Below, one piece after another: positions 40,493 through 49,591 of a stretch of 64,000 bases of DNA. Position 1 is the first letter of the stretch. The number at the start of each line of letters is the position of its first letter. The notes under the pieces are model-generated. The model was not told the origin of the DNA, ran no database searches, and saw only the letters and a list, made by a program, of their open reading frames with translations. Made by a program: the position numbers and the translations under genes. The stretch lies in IMG/VR virus record IMGVR_UViG_3300043468_001158. One strand, 5' to 3'. This DNA is from a virus (Duplodnaviria > Caudoviricetes).

Positions 40493-41437
40493 ATGATTAC
40501 ATTTAGACAATTTTTAGCAGAAGAAAGCGAAAGCGAAATCGCTAAAACAAAGCGACAAGGCATTGTGCATTTTCAAGACATGAAGCCGGTTGAAGCATTA
40601 CAGTTTCTTCGTAAAATCAAAGATGAGATGAAGGGTAAGTTGAAAGACATTCCCGTTACTCTCAAAGTTGATGGAGGTTCTTTACGATTTGGTAAAGATA
40701 AGAAAGGTGAATACTTTCTGGAAACTGGTAATAGCGGTCCTATTCAGTCTAAGAAAGCTTTTTCAACTTTCAACCGTGATAAAGGTGTAACCTCTGAAGT
40801 CATCATTCAACGTGCTATGCATTATGATGATATCTATGACCATATTGAAGATAGTAAGATATGGGAAACTTTACCAAATGATGCTAAAGTGTCATGCGAA
40901 ATCCTATACAATCCAATGGGTGAAGAAGTCGAAGATGACCACTTAAAGTTCGTATCAGTGAAGTACAATGCTCATAAACTTGGAAAGCTAATGACATTGG
41001 TTCCAATCACAGTCACTGTATCTTCTACTGGAGCAGCACATCCTGATAAAGACAAGATTATTGATGACCTGCTTAATCAGTCGGATAAAGACATCAAAAT
41101 CATTTCGCCTAAACTGAAACCTCTTACTTTAGATGTTGAGGCTCACTTGAAACCACTTGAGTCCATTGGTGAAGATGCAGAGCAAATCCTGAAATCCCTG
41201 AAGCATGCTGACAAACCATTGAAGCTAGAGTATCAAGTCATTCTGAATGCAATCAAAGCTCGTGTAGCCGATGCTATCATGCAACATCCAATCAAAGGTA
41301 GGGATGTCATAGGGGATGAAATAGAAGGGTACGTAGTAGAACTCTCCGGAAAGCTTTATAAAGTCACTACTCCAAAGTTCAAACAAGCTAAGAAAGATGA
41401 GAAAAAAAAGACTACAGGAATCAGCTTTAGAATTTGA
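40493..41437 (+). CDS. ATP-dependent ligase/capping-type nucleotidyltransferase-like domain protein
   Basis: Motif I 'LKVDG', 'CEILY' (III), 'EGYVV' (IV), 'LYKV' (V); N-terminal MITFRQFLAEE leader. Confidence 0.65.
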   Translation: MITFRQFLAEESESEIAKTKRQGIVHFQDMKPVEALQFLRKIKDEMKGKLKDIPVTLKVDGGSLRFGKDKKGEYFLETGNSGPIQSKKAFSTFNRDKGVTSEVIIQRAMHYDDIYDHIEDSKIWETLPNDAKVSCEILYNPMGEEVEDDHLKFVSVKYNAHKLGKLMTLVPITVTVSSTGAAHPDKDKIIDDLLNQSDKDIKIISPKLKPLTLDVEAHLKPLESIGEDAEQILKSLKHADKPLKLEYQVILNAIKARVADAIMQHPIKGRDVIGDEIEGYVVELSGKLYKVTTPKFKQAKKDEKKKTTGISFRI

Positions 41438-42095
41438 AGTTACTGACTTATCTTATATTGATAAAGTACCAAATCATTCTCGTGATTTTAGGGCATTTAA
41501 GTTTCTAAATGAAGATTCAGCACAACCATTACCAGAACTAACCAAAAATGAACTTGCAAAAATTGATATGGATTCATGTAAGCTTTTTGGAACAATGAAT
41601 CAAATTGATATCTATCTAAGTGGTATATATGCAGGTCATCATACATTTGTTATTTTTGATGAAAAAACTAAAAACCCATTAGCATTCATAGTAGTGCAGA
41701 CCCAACCAATAATGTTGGCAGGCGAAGAACGAACACTAGAAGTTAGGTCTTGGACTCATCCAGCAGAACGAGGAAAAGGCTATGCTACTACCTTATATCA
41801 ATTTCTTGTTAAAAAACTTGAGTTGAAGTTAGTATGCGATGATATGTTATCGGATGATGCAGTCAAAATGTATAAACAGTTCATAGCAAAACGAAAATTT
41901 GATAACATTAGTTTTTATAATGAAAAGACTAAACAGGTTCAAGACGATGAACCCTCAAATTTATGGACAATGCCAAATCAGTGGCGAATTTTTCTAGAAT
42001 CATTTGATTCTATTGGCGGTCCGAAACCATTGTTTGGCAAGCCTGGTCTTAGACATATTGGCGAATCATGTTATGATAACATTGGATTTGATTAA
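41397..42095 (+). CDS. GNAT-like acetyltransferase
   Basis: 'WTHPAERGKGYATTLY' = R-x-x-G-x-A motif A; start uncertain. Confidence 0.7.
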   Translation: MRKKRLQESALEFEVTDLSYIDKVPNHSRDFRAFKFLNEDSAQPLPELTKNELAKIDMDSCKLFGTMNQIDIYLSGIYAGHHTFVIFDEKTKNPLAFIVVQTQPIMLAGEERTLEVRSWTHPAERGKGYATTLYQFLVKKLELKLVCDDMLSDDAVKMYKQFIAKRKFDNISFYNEKTKQVQDDEPSNLWTMPNQWRIFLESFDSIGGPKPLFGKPGLRHIGESCYDNIGFD

Positions 42096-42133
42096 AATTG
42101 TGAAGCCAGTAACAGTTTTCAGCCATTGAACTA

Positions 42134-42162
42134 TTTACAAGACATCTTTTACAAGATACAAT
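42134..42162 (+). promoter_or_regulatory. Sigma70-type early promoter
   Basis: CTA-TTTACA-17 bp-TACAAT. Confidence 0.75.
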
Positions 42163-42199
42163 AGTTCCATATACAGAGATGAGTATAGGAACTGCTACG

Positions 42200-42898
42200 A
42201 TGAGCACTCAAAAACCAAAAACCGTATTAGCAATAAGTGATGTCTTTTCCCGTATTCCTACGAAAAAACCATCAAAATGCACAGTGACACTGGACTCAGG
42301 ACAACGAGTTCCAGTCACACCTTCATTGGTACGTATCTTCAGTCTTCATGCAATTCATAATCATGCTCTTGAATGTAGCATTTGTGGTTGTATGGCTACA
42401 CATCTACAACAAGATTTTCAACGCCAAGCCGATGGAACCAATTGTGAAATTTGGCAATTGAAAGCTTGGAACAAAGAAAGTGAAAGACAAGTCTATCTAA
42501 ACGTTGATCATATTCTTCCACGTTCATTAGGTGGTACTTTAGAACCTTCAAATATGCGGATTGCATGTTCTCGTTGTAATGTAAAACGTGGAACTTCATT
42601 AGAAGGTATTGAACTTCCAGAACATATTCAAGTTCATAGCACGTTCTTCAATCTTCAAAAAACAATTGAATACTTGATAAAGAAGTATGCTACAAAAGTG
42701 AAAAAATTCAATGTTAAAATTGTTCATTTCAAAAACTACATCAACAAATACCTGATTGCTCGTAGCCAAAGTTATCGTCGTACAACCGATAGAACCATCT
42801 TCAGAAAAGCTGTTAGCTGTGGTCTAACTCAAATCGGCTTTACCTTTGCAATTGATGAACTTGATGCAATCGTAGATGCCAGTGCAATCGCCCTATAA
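42200..42898 (+). CDS. HNH endonuclease-like protein
   Basis: 'CSICG' zinc knuckle, 'VDHILPRSLGG...NMRIACSRCNVKRG'; AGGA RBS favours ATG 42200. Confidence 0.85.
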   Translation: MSTQKPKTVLAISDVFSRIPTKKPSKCTVTLDSGQRVPVTPSLVRIFSLHAIHNHALECSICGCMATHLQQDFQRQADGTNCEIWQLKAWNKESERQVYLNVDHILPRSLGGTLEPSNMRIACSRCNVKRGTSLEGIELPEHIQVHSTFFNLQKTIEYLIKKYATKVKKFNVKIVHFKNYINKYLIARSQSYRRTTDRTIFRKAVSCGLTQIGFTFAIDELDAIVDASAIAL

Positions 42899-42920
42899 TA
42901 CAAAGAGAGAATAACCCCAT

Positions 42921-43511
42921 ATGAAAGAAATGAATGTCCAATTTTCAGAAAACTTTGCCCAATTGTACAAAGACGAAGTTCGCAATAATGAACAACGTCT
43001 TGAAGCTGATGGCTTAATTCGAACTATTCAAAACATTGGTTTATCTCGTACATACAGGCTTCGGCAGTTTCGTTCTCTAATGCGACAATATTGGATTTAT
43101 CGAAACAAAGATAACTTGAAGCCGTTTCAAATTGCTTCTCAATTACCATTTGTTGAATTCGAATCTGACCTGTTCATTGAGAATACCAAACAACATGTCA
43201 AGTATCTTGAAGACACCGGATTTACAAAGTTGGATATTGACCTATTGCAACATATGATACATGATATGCTTTATCCCTATTGTGCAGGTGTTTATTTCCA
43301 TTCAGGACTGAACCTTGTTGTTAGAACAATGGAACCAGCATTCCTAAAAGATGTACAAAATGCTAAGTACTTCTTAGCTCATTTGCCAAAATCAATTAGA
43401 CAAAGTGATCATAAAGACATCTTCCGTTCTTTCTTGTACTACCAACATGCAATGCGGTCTTTAGGAGGAAATGAACAAAGAGGTTCTTTAGCAGAACTGT
43501 TACCAAAGTAA
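42921..43511 (+). CDS. Hypothetical protein
   Basis: 196 aa ORF with RBS-like AGAGAG. Confidence 0.7.
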   Translation: MKEMNVQFSENFAQLYKDEVRNNEQRLEADGLIRTIQNIGLSRTYRLRQFRSLMRQYWIYRNKDNLKPFQIASQLPFVEFESDLFIENTKQHVKYLEDTGFTKLDIDLLQHMIHDMLYPYCAGVYFHSGLNLVVRTMEPAFLKDVQNAKYFLAHLPKSIRQSDHKDIFRSFLYYQHAMRSLGGNEQRGSLAELLPK

Positions 43512-43523
43512 CAGTTTTAGCTA

Positions 43524-43552
43524 TTTACAAGTCTGTGGTTTGTTGATACAAT
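43524..43552 (+). promoter_or_regulatory. Sigma70-type early promoter
   Basis: CTA-TTTACA-17 bp-TACAAT with TG extension. Confidence 0.75.
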
Positions 43553-43586
43553 AGACCCATACTAAATCAATACGGAGTTTACTACG

Positions 43587-44180
43587 ATGACAACTAAATC
43601 AGCCACTGAACAATACGCAGCAATCAAAGTCAATCATGTCAAATACTTGGACGAGTTGAAGATTGTTGATGCTAACTTGGTTCGCATTCGCCCATTGCTT
43701 GAAGCTGAAAAAGGTTTCAACAAGTTGAACGGCACAAAAATCAACTTTATCAAAGAAGAGTTCCGTGTTGCCAAAGATGAGCAACTTCGCTTGTATGGCA
43801 TCTTGAAAAAAATCAATGCAGACCTTCGTGCGTTACGTGCCGGTGTTGATGCAGAACGTCATACTGCTCCTAAAGGTACAGGAAGCAAAAAAGCTCCACG
43901 TGACCCAAGTGTAAAAGCTGCCGCAAAGGCTGCAAAGGAAGCTGCTAAAGAAGCAGATAAAGCTGCAAAGAAAGCTGCTAAAGAAGCAGAACGTGAAAGA
44001 ACAAAAGCTGAACGTGATGCAAGACGTGAAGCTCGTCGTGAAGAATTGGAATTTATGAATAAGCCTGCATGTGGATACAACTTTCCATTATTGACTGATG
44101 CCGAACGTGCTGGTACAAAAATCATGAACCAAGTTTTTGCTAAGGTTGCTAAATCAACAGTTGTTGGTCCTGGAGTATAA
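43587..44180 (+). CDS. Basic Lys/Ala/Arg-rich early protein
   Basis: GGAG RBS; 'KAAAKAAKEAAKEADKAAKK...RREARREE' low-complexity helix. Confidence 0.75.
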   Translation: MTTKSATEQYAAIKVNHVKYLDELKIVDANLVRIRPLLEAEKGFNKLNGTKINFIKEEFRVAKDEQLRLYGILKKINADLRALRAGVDAERHTAPKGTGSKKAPRDPSVKAAAKAAKEAAKEADKAAKKAAKEAERERTKAERDARREARREELEFMNKPACGYNFPLLTDAERAGTKIMNQVFAKVAKSTVVGPGV

Positions 44181-44184
44181 CTAC

Positions 44185-44985
44185 ATGTCAAAATACTACG
44201 TAAGATTTGTCCATTTCGCTCCGGATAATAAATCACAAAAAACTCCGGAAAATCCAAATCCTCAAGATAAGTCTTTGGTCTGGGCAATGTTGTATGATGA
44301 AGAAAGCCAAAGTGAATATGGTTCTCTCGCATGCGGATACATTCCAAATCGTTTGAACCTTGAAGAAATTGATAAGGAACAACATTATAGTGTCAATATG
44401 ATTACTTCATATTATATGGAGCATTTGAATGGTGGGCGAACTAACAATCGTCAATATGCCAGAATTGAAGATTATTGGAATGACCCATGTGTAAAAGATA
44501 AAGTTCAAGCTAAGTATCGTGAAGGTATGGAGTTCTGCTTTGCTTATATTGGCGACCCTGATCGTCTTGATGTTATCTATGAATTTACTATCAAAGCTAC
44601 ATTTGGACATCAATATAAACTGACTGGACATTTATATGATGATGCGACTCCTCCTGAAAGCTGGTATAATGAAGTTCATGCTAAACTGATTACCGAACTA
44701 AATGGCTTAGAAGTATTTGAGTCTGCTAGTGAAGCTATTCAGGGTCAATCTAAAGCAGATGACCTATTTGGCGAAAGATACTTCCCAGTTGCTAAAGCTC
44801 CGGTTTGGCAATACAAACAGTTGATTGAAGCTTGTCATGCATTCAAAGGTTGCTCAAACCCATTATATGATGACAAGTTTGTGTATATTGGTATTAGAAG
44901 CAAACAGGATGAACTTTGTGAAATAAACGAAATCTATAGTATCGAAGGTGGTGCTATACTCAAAAATAGAGAATGGAATTGGTAA
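44185..44985 (+). CDS. Hypothetical protein
   Basis: Probable start MSKYYVRF at 44185 (GGAG ~10 nt upstream). Confidence 0.75.
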   Translation: MSKYYVRFVHFAPDNKSQKTPENPNPQDKSLVWAMLYDEESQSEYGSLACGYIPNRLNLEEIDKEQHYSVNMITSYYMEHLNGGRTNNRQYARIEDYWNDPCVKDKVQAKYREGMEFCFAYIGDPDRLDVIYEFTIKATFGHQYKLTGHLYDDATPPESWYNEVHAKLITELNGLEVFESASEAIQGQSKADDLFGERYFPVAKAPVWQYKQLIEACHAFKGCSNPLYDDKFVYIGIRSKQDELCEINEIYSIEGGAILKNREWNW

Positions 44986-44991
44986 GAACTT

Positions 44992-45549
44992 ATGATAACA
45001 ACTTATAAAGAACAACTCAAAAACCAACTTATATCAAAATTTGTGGAATTCAATAATGTAAAAATACCGCAGATTGAACAAGCGTTAGAAAAATCAATAA
45101 AAGAACATTTTCAATACGAAAAAAACAAAACTGTTGAGGTAGGTAAATTATATAGTCCATTTATTACTAATTTTATAATGAACAGCCTTCAACAAATCAT
45201 ACCTGGTTTTGAAGAATGTAAAACTGAAGGATATGATTTTTTGATAAACGATATTGCGGTTGAAAACAAAATTACTTTTTCTGATAAGTCTCAATGGACA
45301 GGAAACAAATATTCGTCAAAAGTGAGTAATCATTTATTGACTAAATGTTGTCTTGACGATGAATTTAGAATTTTAAGTTTTATTACAATGCATGTCGATT
45401 TAGATAAAATGAATTCGAAATGGACTTCAGGAAATGATAGTTCAGGCTTCACAAAATTACAAATTCTTAAAGAAGACTTGGATGAAGTGTCTCTTATTTA
45501 CGGAAACCCTCTCGTCACAAAAAGAGCAACCTACTTACAATTTATATGA
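44992..45549 (+). CDS. Putative PD-(D/E)XK restriction-endonuclease-like protein
   Basis: 'GYDFLINDIAVENK' resembles D-x(n)-E-x-K; visibly AT-richer than flanks. Confidence 0.45.
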   Translation: MITTYKEQLKNQLISKFVEFNNVKIPQIEQALEKSIKEHFQYEKNKTVEVGKLYSPFITNFIMNSLQQIIPGFEECKTEGYDFLINDIAVENKITFSDKSQWTGNKYSSKVSNHLLTKCCLDDEFRILSFITMHVDLDKMNSKWTSGNDSSGFTKLQILKEDLDEVSLIYGNPLVTKRATYLQFI

Positions 45550-45731
45550 TAACAACTGAACAACGATTACATGCTCTATTACACGGTCTTGGCCTGAGTA
45601 CTGATAGTATCAATAAGGTCAAGCTCTATAATGCAGAGCAAATACGAGATGTCGGTAAAGCAATTTCTGATGGCCGACTGTTTGATGTATCTTTAGATAG
45701 ACAACTCAATGTAAAGGTGAAACGATCATGA
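45546..45731 (+). CDS. Small hypothetical protein (paralog of next ORF)
   Basis: ATGA coupling; 'LHALLHGLGLSTDSI'. Confidence 0.7.
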   Translation: MITTEQRLHALLHGLGLSTDSINKVKLYNAEQIRDVGKAISDGRLFDVSLDRQLNVKVKRS

Positions 45732-45952
45732 ACACAAAAGAAGCTCAATTACGTGCATTGCTTGGTGGCTTAGGCCTAACTCATGAAAGCATTGAACGTG
45801 CAGTCAATATGGACCCATCTGAACTTTGTGAAGTTGGTGCGACATTGACGCAAGGTTCAAATGTTGAAGTTAGTCTCAATGAAGCTTTTGAAATTGAAAT
45901 GTCTTGGGACCCGTCATATAAACCGGAAGTAGCTTCACAACTTGAGTCTTAA
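45728..45952 (+). CDS. Small hypothetical protein (paralog of previous ORF)
   Basis: ATGA coupling; 'LRALLGGLGLTHESI'. Confidence 0.7.
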   Translation: MNTKEAQLRALLGGLGLTHESIERAVNMDPSELCEVGATLTQGSNVEVSLNEAFEIEMSWDPSYKPEVASQLES

Positions 45953-45989
45953 AATCGTAAATCTGATAACTGGTTATCACTTGCCACTA

Positions 45990-46018
45990 TTTACAAGTTG
46001 CGGCAAGTGATGTATAAT
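45990..46018 (+). promoter_or_regulatory. Sigma70-type early promoter embedded in an inverted repeat
   Basis: TTTACA-17 bp-TATAAT; tcacttgcc (45977-45985)/ggcaagtga (46002-46010) flank the -35. Confidence 0.75.
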
Positions 46019-46059
46019 GGACACATACAAACAAACTGATACGAGAGGAGTATTTTATA

Positions 46060-46227
46060 ATGATGACAATTTACCTGGCAATTTCAACTTTTTTCTTTTT
46101 CTTTTTGGCTTATATTTGGTCTTCAAGAAATTTGCGAAATTCGTCTTTCAAATTTTCTCTTTTTGTGATGGCCCTGTTTAGCTCTTTTATGTTGCTAAAC
46201 AATTTAGGCTATATTGTCAAGTTGTAA
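46060..46227 (+). CDS. Small (55 aa) two-TM membrane protein, not in ORF track
   Basis: GAGGAG RBS; MMTIYLAISTFFFFFLAYIWSSRNLRNSSFKFSLFVMALFSSFMLLNNLGYIVKL. Confidence 0.7.
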   Translation: MMTIYLAISTFFFFFLAYIWSSRNLRNSSFKFSLFVMALFSSFMLLNNLGYIVKL

Positions 46228-46262
46228 ATAGATTCCATTATAACTCGTGAAAAACAAATCAT

Positions 46263-48167
46263 ATGACAAAACATATTGCACAAACTTATCAAGTTCTTGA
46301 TGAGATTGACCACGTAAGAAAAAGAACTGGCATGTATTGCGGTTCTACTTCTTTACAAACATCAAAAGAATGGGTTTATCAACCTGAAGATAAAAGGATG
46401 GTGCAACAAGAAATTACTTACATTCCTGCTTTTGTCAAAATCTTTTCTGAAATCCTTGACAACGCAATCGACGAAGCTAAGCGAGCACCTGAAGTTCTTG
46501 ATACAATCAAGGTAGAACTTCGTGATGATGGCTACATTTCGGTTCATGATAATGGCCGAGGCATCCCCGTTGAAATACATCCTGAGACTGGAACATATGT
46601 CGCTGAAACCATCTTCTCTAACCTGCGAGCTGGTTCAAACTTCAACGATGATGAAGACCAATCTCTAATTGGTACAAATGGTGTTGGTAGCACACTAACC
46701 AATATCTTGAGTTCAGAGTTCAAAATTGAAAGCTGCGATGGGAATAAGTTGTTTCGTATGGAGTTCTGGAATGGCTTACGTGAGAAATCAGAAGCCAAGG
46801 TTACATCAAGTAGCAAGAACCATACTAAGATTACATTCAAACCTGATTACGAATTCTTCAACCTAAAAGGCGGGTTGGACGAAGACCATAAGTTGAAGCT
46901 CATCAAAAAAGTTGTTGATGCTGCAGCTAATAATGTAGGTGTTAAGTTCTATGTCAATGGCGAACGTATAGTAATGAAGAGCTTTGCAGATTATATTGCT
47001 CTTTATGATGAACAGTACGTCTTTGAATCCACTGAAGATTGGAAAGTTGGTATTTCTGCATCTGACGGATTTGACCAAATAAGCTTTATCAATTCAGTCG
47101 AAACTTATCAAGGTGGCACACATATCGATTATGTTATGTGGCAAATCGTTGATAGACTTCGCGAGTTCTTCAAAAAGAAACATAAAGTCGAAGTGAAACC
47201 TGGTGACCTTCGTGCTCATATGCGAGTCTATATCTCCGGCACTGTCAATCGTCCCAAGTTTAGCTCGCAGACTAAAGAGAACATGATTTCTCCTGTTAGC
47301 GAATGGAAAACTACATGGCGAGTATCTGACAAGTTTGTCAAGCAATTGACTCAATCATCTATTATCCAATCAGTTCTTGACTGGGTTGAAGCGAAGGAAA
47401 AAGCAAACGAACTTGCTGAACTTCGTAAGATGAATAAGGATGTCAATAAGTCTGACCCACGTAAGGTTCCAAAGTTCTCTGATGCAAACGAACGTAAAGA
47501 CCGTCATCAATGCGAACTCTATCTAGCTGAAGGGGACTCTGCTCGTACTTCAATCCAAGCTGCTCGCGGTAAGAACCCTTACATCGGCTCATTCTCACTT
47601 CGTGGGAAACCACTTAACGTGATGGATGCTGACAATAAAGACATTGTTGGAAACGCGGAAATTAAGAACATTATGACTATCACCGGACTTGAAATCGGTA
47701 AGAAAGTCGAGTCACTTGAAGACTTGCGGTTTGGTAAGATTGTGACTATGACTGATGAAGACCTTGACGGCATGCATATCACTTCACTGCTCCATAACTT
47801 CTTCGCTCGCTTCTGGCCAGAGCTATTTGAACTTGGTGCTATCTATCGTCTAAGAACCCCTCTTTACATTGTCACTGTCACTGGTGCTAAGAAAGGTGAT
47901 GAACCACTTGAGTTCTTCAGCGATGAAGACTACAAAGCATGGGCTCAACAAGGCATCAAGCACAAGTTTGAATACTTCAAAGGTTTAGGAACATTCGAGT
48001 CACATCAGTTCAAAAAGATTATCGATAACCGTGAAAAGTACTTAGTCAAAATCTCAGCTTTGCAGAACGAAGATGTTGAAGGATTGAACTTGGCTTTCTC
48101 AAATCGTGAAGCTGATAACAGAAAGGAATGGCTAATGAGTGCTAGTTATTTTCACTCATACGACTAA
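46263..48167 (+). CDS. gp39: Type IIA DNA topoisomerase, ATPase/TOPRIM subunit (GyrB/gp39+60-like, unsplit)
   Basis: 'HVRKRTGMYCG', 'EILDNAIDE', 'DNGRGIP', 'GTNGVG', 'EGDSA', 'LRGKPLNV', 'TDEDLDG', 'FKGLG'. Confidence 0.95.
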   Translation: MTKHIAQTYQVLDEIDHVRKRTGMYCGSTSLQTSKEWVYQPEDKRMVQQEITYIPAFVKIFSEILDNAIDEAKRAPEVLDTIKVELRDDGYISVHDNGRGIPVEIHPETGTYVAETIFSNLRAGSNFNDDEDQSLIGTNGVGSTLTNILSSEFKIESCDGNKLFRMEFWNGLREKSEAKVTSSSKNHTKITFKPDYEFFNLKGGLDEDHKLKLIKKVVDAAANNVGVKFYVNGERIVMKSFADYIALYDEQYVFESTEDWKVGISASDGFDQISFINSVETYQGGTHIDYVMWQIVDRLREFFKKKHKVEVKPGDLRAHMRVYISGTVNRPKFSSQTKENMISPVSEWKTTWRVSDKFVKQLTQSSIIQSVLDWVEAKEKANELAELRKMNKDVNKSDPRKVPKFSDANERKDRHQCELYLAEGDSARTSIQAARGKNPYIGSFSLRGKPLNVMDADNKDIVGNAEIKNIMTITGLEIGKKVESLEDLRFGKIVTMTDEDLDGMHITSLLHNFFARFWPELFELGAIYRLRTPLYIVTVTGAKKGDEPLEFFSDEDYKAWAQQGIKHKFEYFKGLGTFESHQFKKIIDNREKYLVKISALQNEDVEGLNLAFSNREADNRKEWLMSASYFHSYD

Positions 48168-48179
48168 TTGTGTTATAAT
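48151..48179 (+). promoter_or_regulatory. Possible sigma70-type promoter for topoisomerase A subunit
   Basis: TTCACT-17 bp-TATAAT with TG extension. Confidence 0.5.
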
Positions 48180-48204
48180 AATACCATATTCATAAAGGAA
48201 CACT

Positions 48205-49575
48205 ATGGCTAAAACCGCAACTATTATCAACTACACTTTAGGTCAGACCGATGAACTCACATGTAAAGAGTTTATAGATACTAAGCTAAAGTTGTTTTCC
48301 GCGCATTCTAACGTGCGTGGTATTCCCTTCTTAGGAGATGGGTTCAAGCAATCTCATCGTAAAGCAATTTGGGGTATGCTATGTCGAGGTGAAGGTGCTG
48401 ATAAAGATACGATTGAACGACTTGCTGCAAGAGCTTGCTCTGATACGGACTATCATCACGGCGCGGCAAGTATGGAAGGAACTTTGGTCACATTGGCTCA
48501 AAAGTTCATCGGCTCTAACAACATGCCTTTAGTTGAAGGCTTTGGGCAATTCGGTAATCGACTATCGCGTAAGTCTGCTTCTGCTCGCTACATCAAAGCA
48601 AAGATTTCACCGAACTTTCGTAAGGTCTTTCGTAAAGAAGATGACCTCATCTTACAACATCATTACTCCAATGGCGATAAGATAGAGCCTCTCTACTTCA
48701 TCCCGATACTTCCAGTGTGTTTGCTTAACGGTGCTGACGGTATAGGTACAGGACACTCTACATACATCCTTGGTTACAATCCTAATGACCTTAAGTCCGC
48801 AATTCAACAGGTCTTGAAAGGTAAAAAGCTGAAACCCGGCACGTTGAAACCTTGGTATGATGGTTACAAAGGTACAATTGAACGTGACCCTGTTACAAAT
48901 CAAGTAGAGATTAGAGGTGTCTATCAAGAGGAAGGTAACCTTACCATTCGTGTGACCGAGTTACCGGTCGGTGTTCAAGATGAACATTACGAGGCTCATC
49001 TACATAAGCTAATGGACAAAGAAATCATCAAGAACTTTGTCAATCAGTCTGATGAAGAAGGTTTCGATTATCTTATTACTGCTCCTCGTTCTACTACTTC
49101 TAAAGACCCTGAAGAACTAATGAAGCTCCTTAAGTTGGTCTCTAAAGAAACTGAGAACTTGACATTATGGGATACGAATGGTGCTTTACGTCGATTTGAT
49201 AATGTTGAACAAATCATTGAAGAATTCGTTGAATGGCGAATTGCTCGTTATGAAGATAGACGACAAGCTCTTATCAAACTAACTGAAGAAGACATCTTAT
49301 GGTTAGATGAACGTATTCGGTTCATCAATTTCTACTTAGTAAATACTGAAAAGTTCCGTAATACTGGTAAGAAAGACTTGCTTGAACTCTTGTCAATACA
49401 AGAAGACTTTACTCGTCCTGAAGCATTATTGAACTTGAGCATTTGGTATCTAACTAAGGACAAGATTGAAGAGCTTGAAAAAGAGCTTGAAGCTAAGCTT
49501 GCATACTTAGAGCAATTACAAGGTGATACACCGGTTGCAATGTATGCTAAAGAAATCAGCGAACTGAAACTATAA
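48205..49575 (+). CDS. gp52: Type IIA DNA topoisomerase, breakage-reunion subunit (GyrA/gp52-like)
   Basis: 'DGFKQSHRK', 'YHHG', 'GQFGNR', 'ASARY' catalytic Tyr, 'LLNGADGIGTG', 'ELPVG'. Confidence 0.95.
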   Translation: MAKTATIINYTLGQTDELTCKEFIDTKLKLFSAHSNVRGIPFLGDGFKQSHRKAIWGMLCRGEGADKDTIERLAARACSDTDYHHGAASMEGTLVTLAQKFIGSNNMPLVEGFGQFGNRLSRKSASARYIKAKISPNFRKVFRKEDDLILQHHYSNGDKIEPLYFIPILPVCLLNGADGIGTGHSTYILGYNPNDLKSAIQQVLKGKKLKPGTLKPWYDGYKGTIERDPVTNQVEIRGVYQEEGNLTIRVTELPVGVQDEHYEAHLHKLMDKEIIKNFVNQSDEEGFDYLITAPRSTTSKDPEELMKLLKLVSKETENLTLWDTNGALRRFDNVEQIIEEFVEWRIARYEDRRQALIKLTEEDILWLDERIRFINFYLVNTEKFRNTGKKDLLELLSIQEDFTRPEALLNLSIWYLTKDKIEELEKELEAKLAYLEQLQGDTPVAMYAKEISELKL

Positions 49576-49591
49576 GAGGAATAAACATATC

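Noticed and set aside
42200-42898. HNH as a mobile homing element
   Set aside because: Free-standing with its own promoter and no interrupted target gene or flanking repeats visible; mobility cannot be supported
43859-44347. Antisense and alternative-frame ORFs in the track (e.g. 1463-1876, 11155-11568, 26335-26781, 43859-44347)
   Set aside because: They overlap well-supported genes, lack RBS or promoter, and show low-complexity shadow composition
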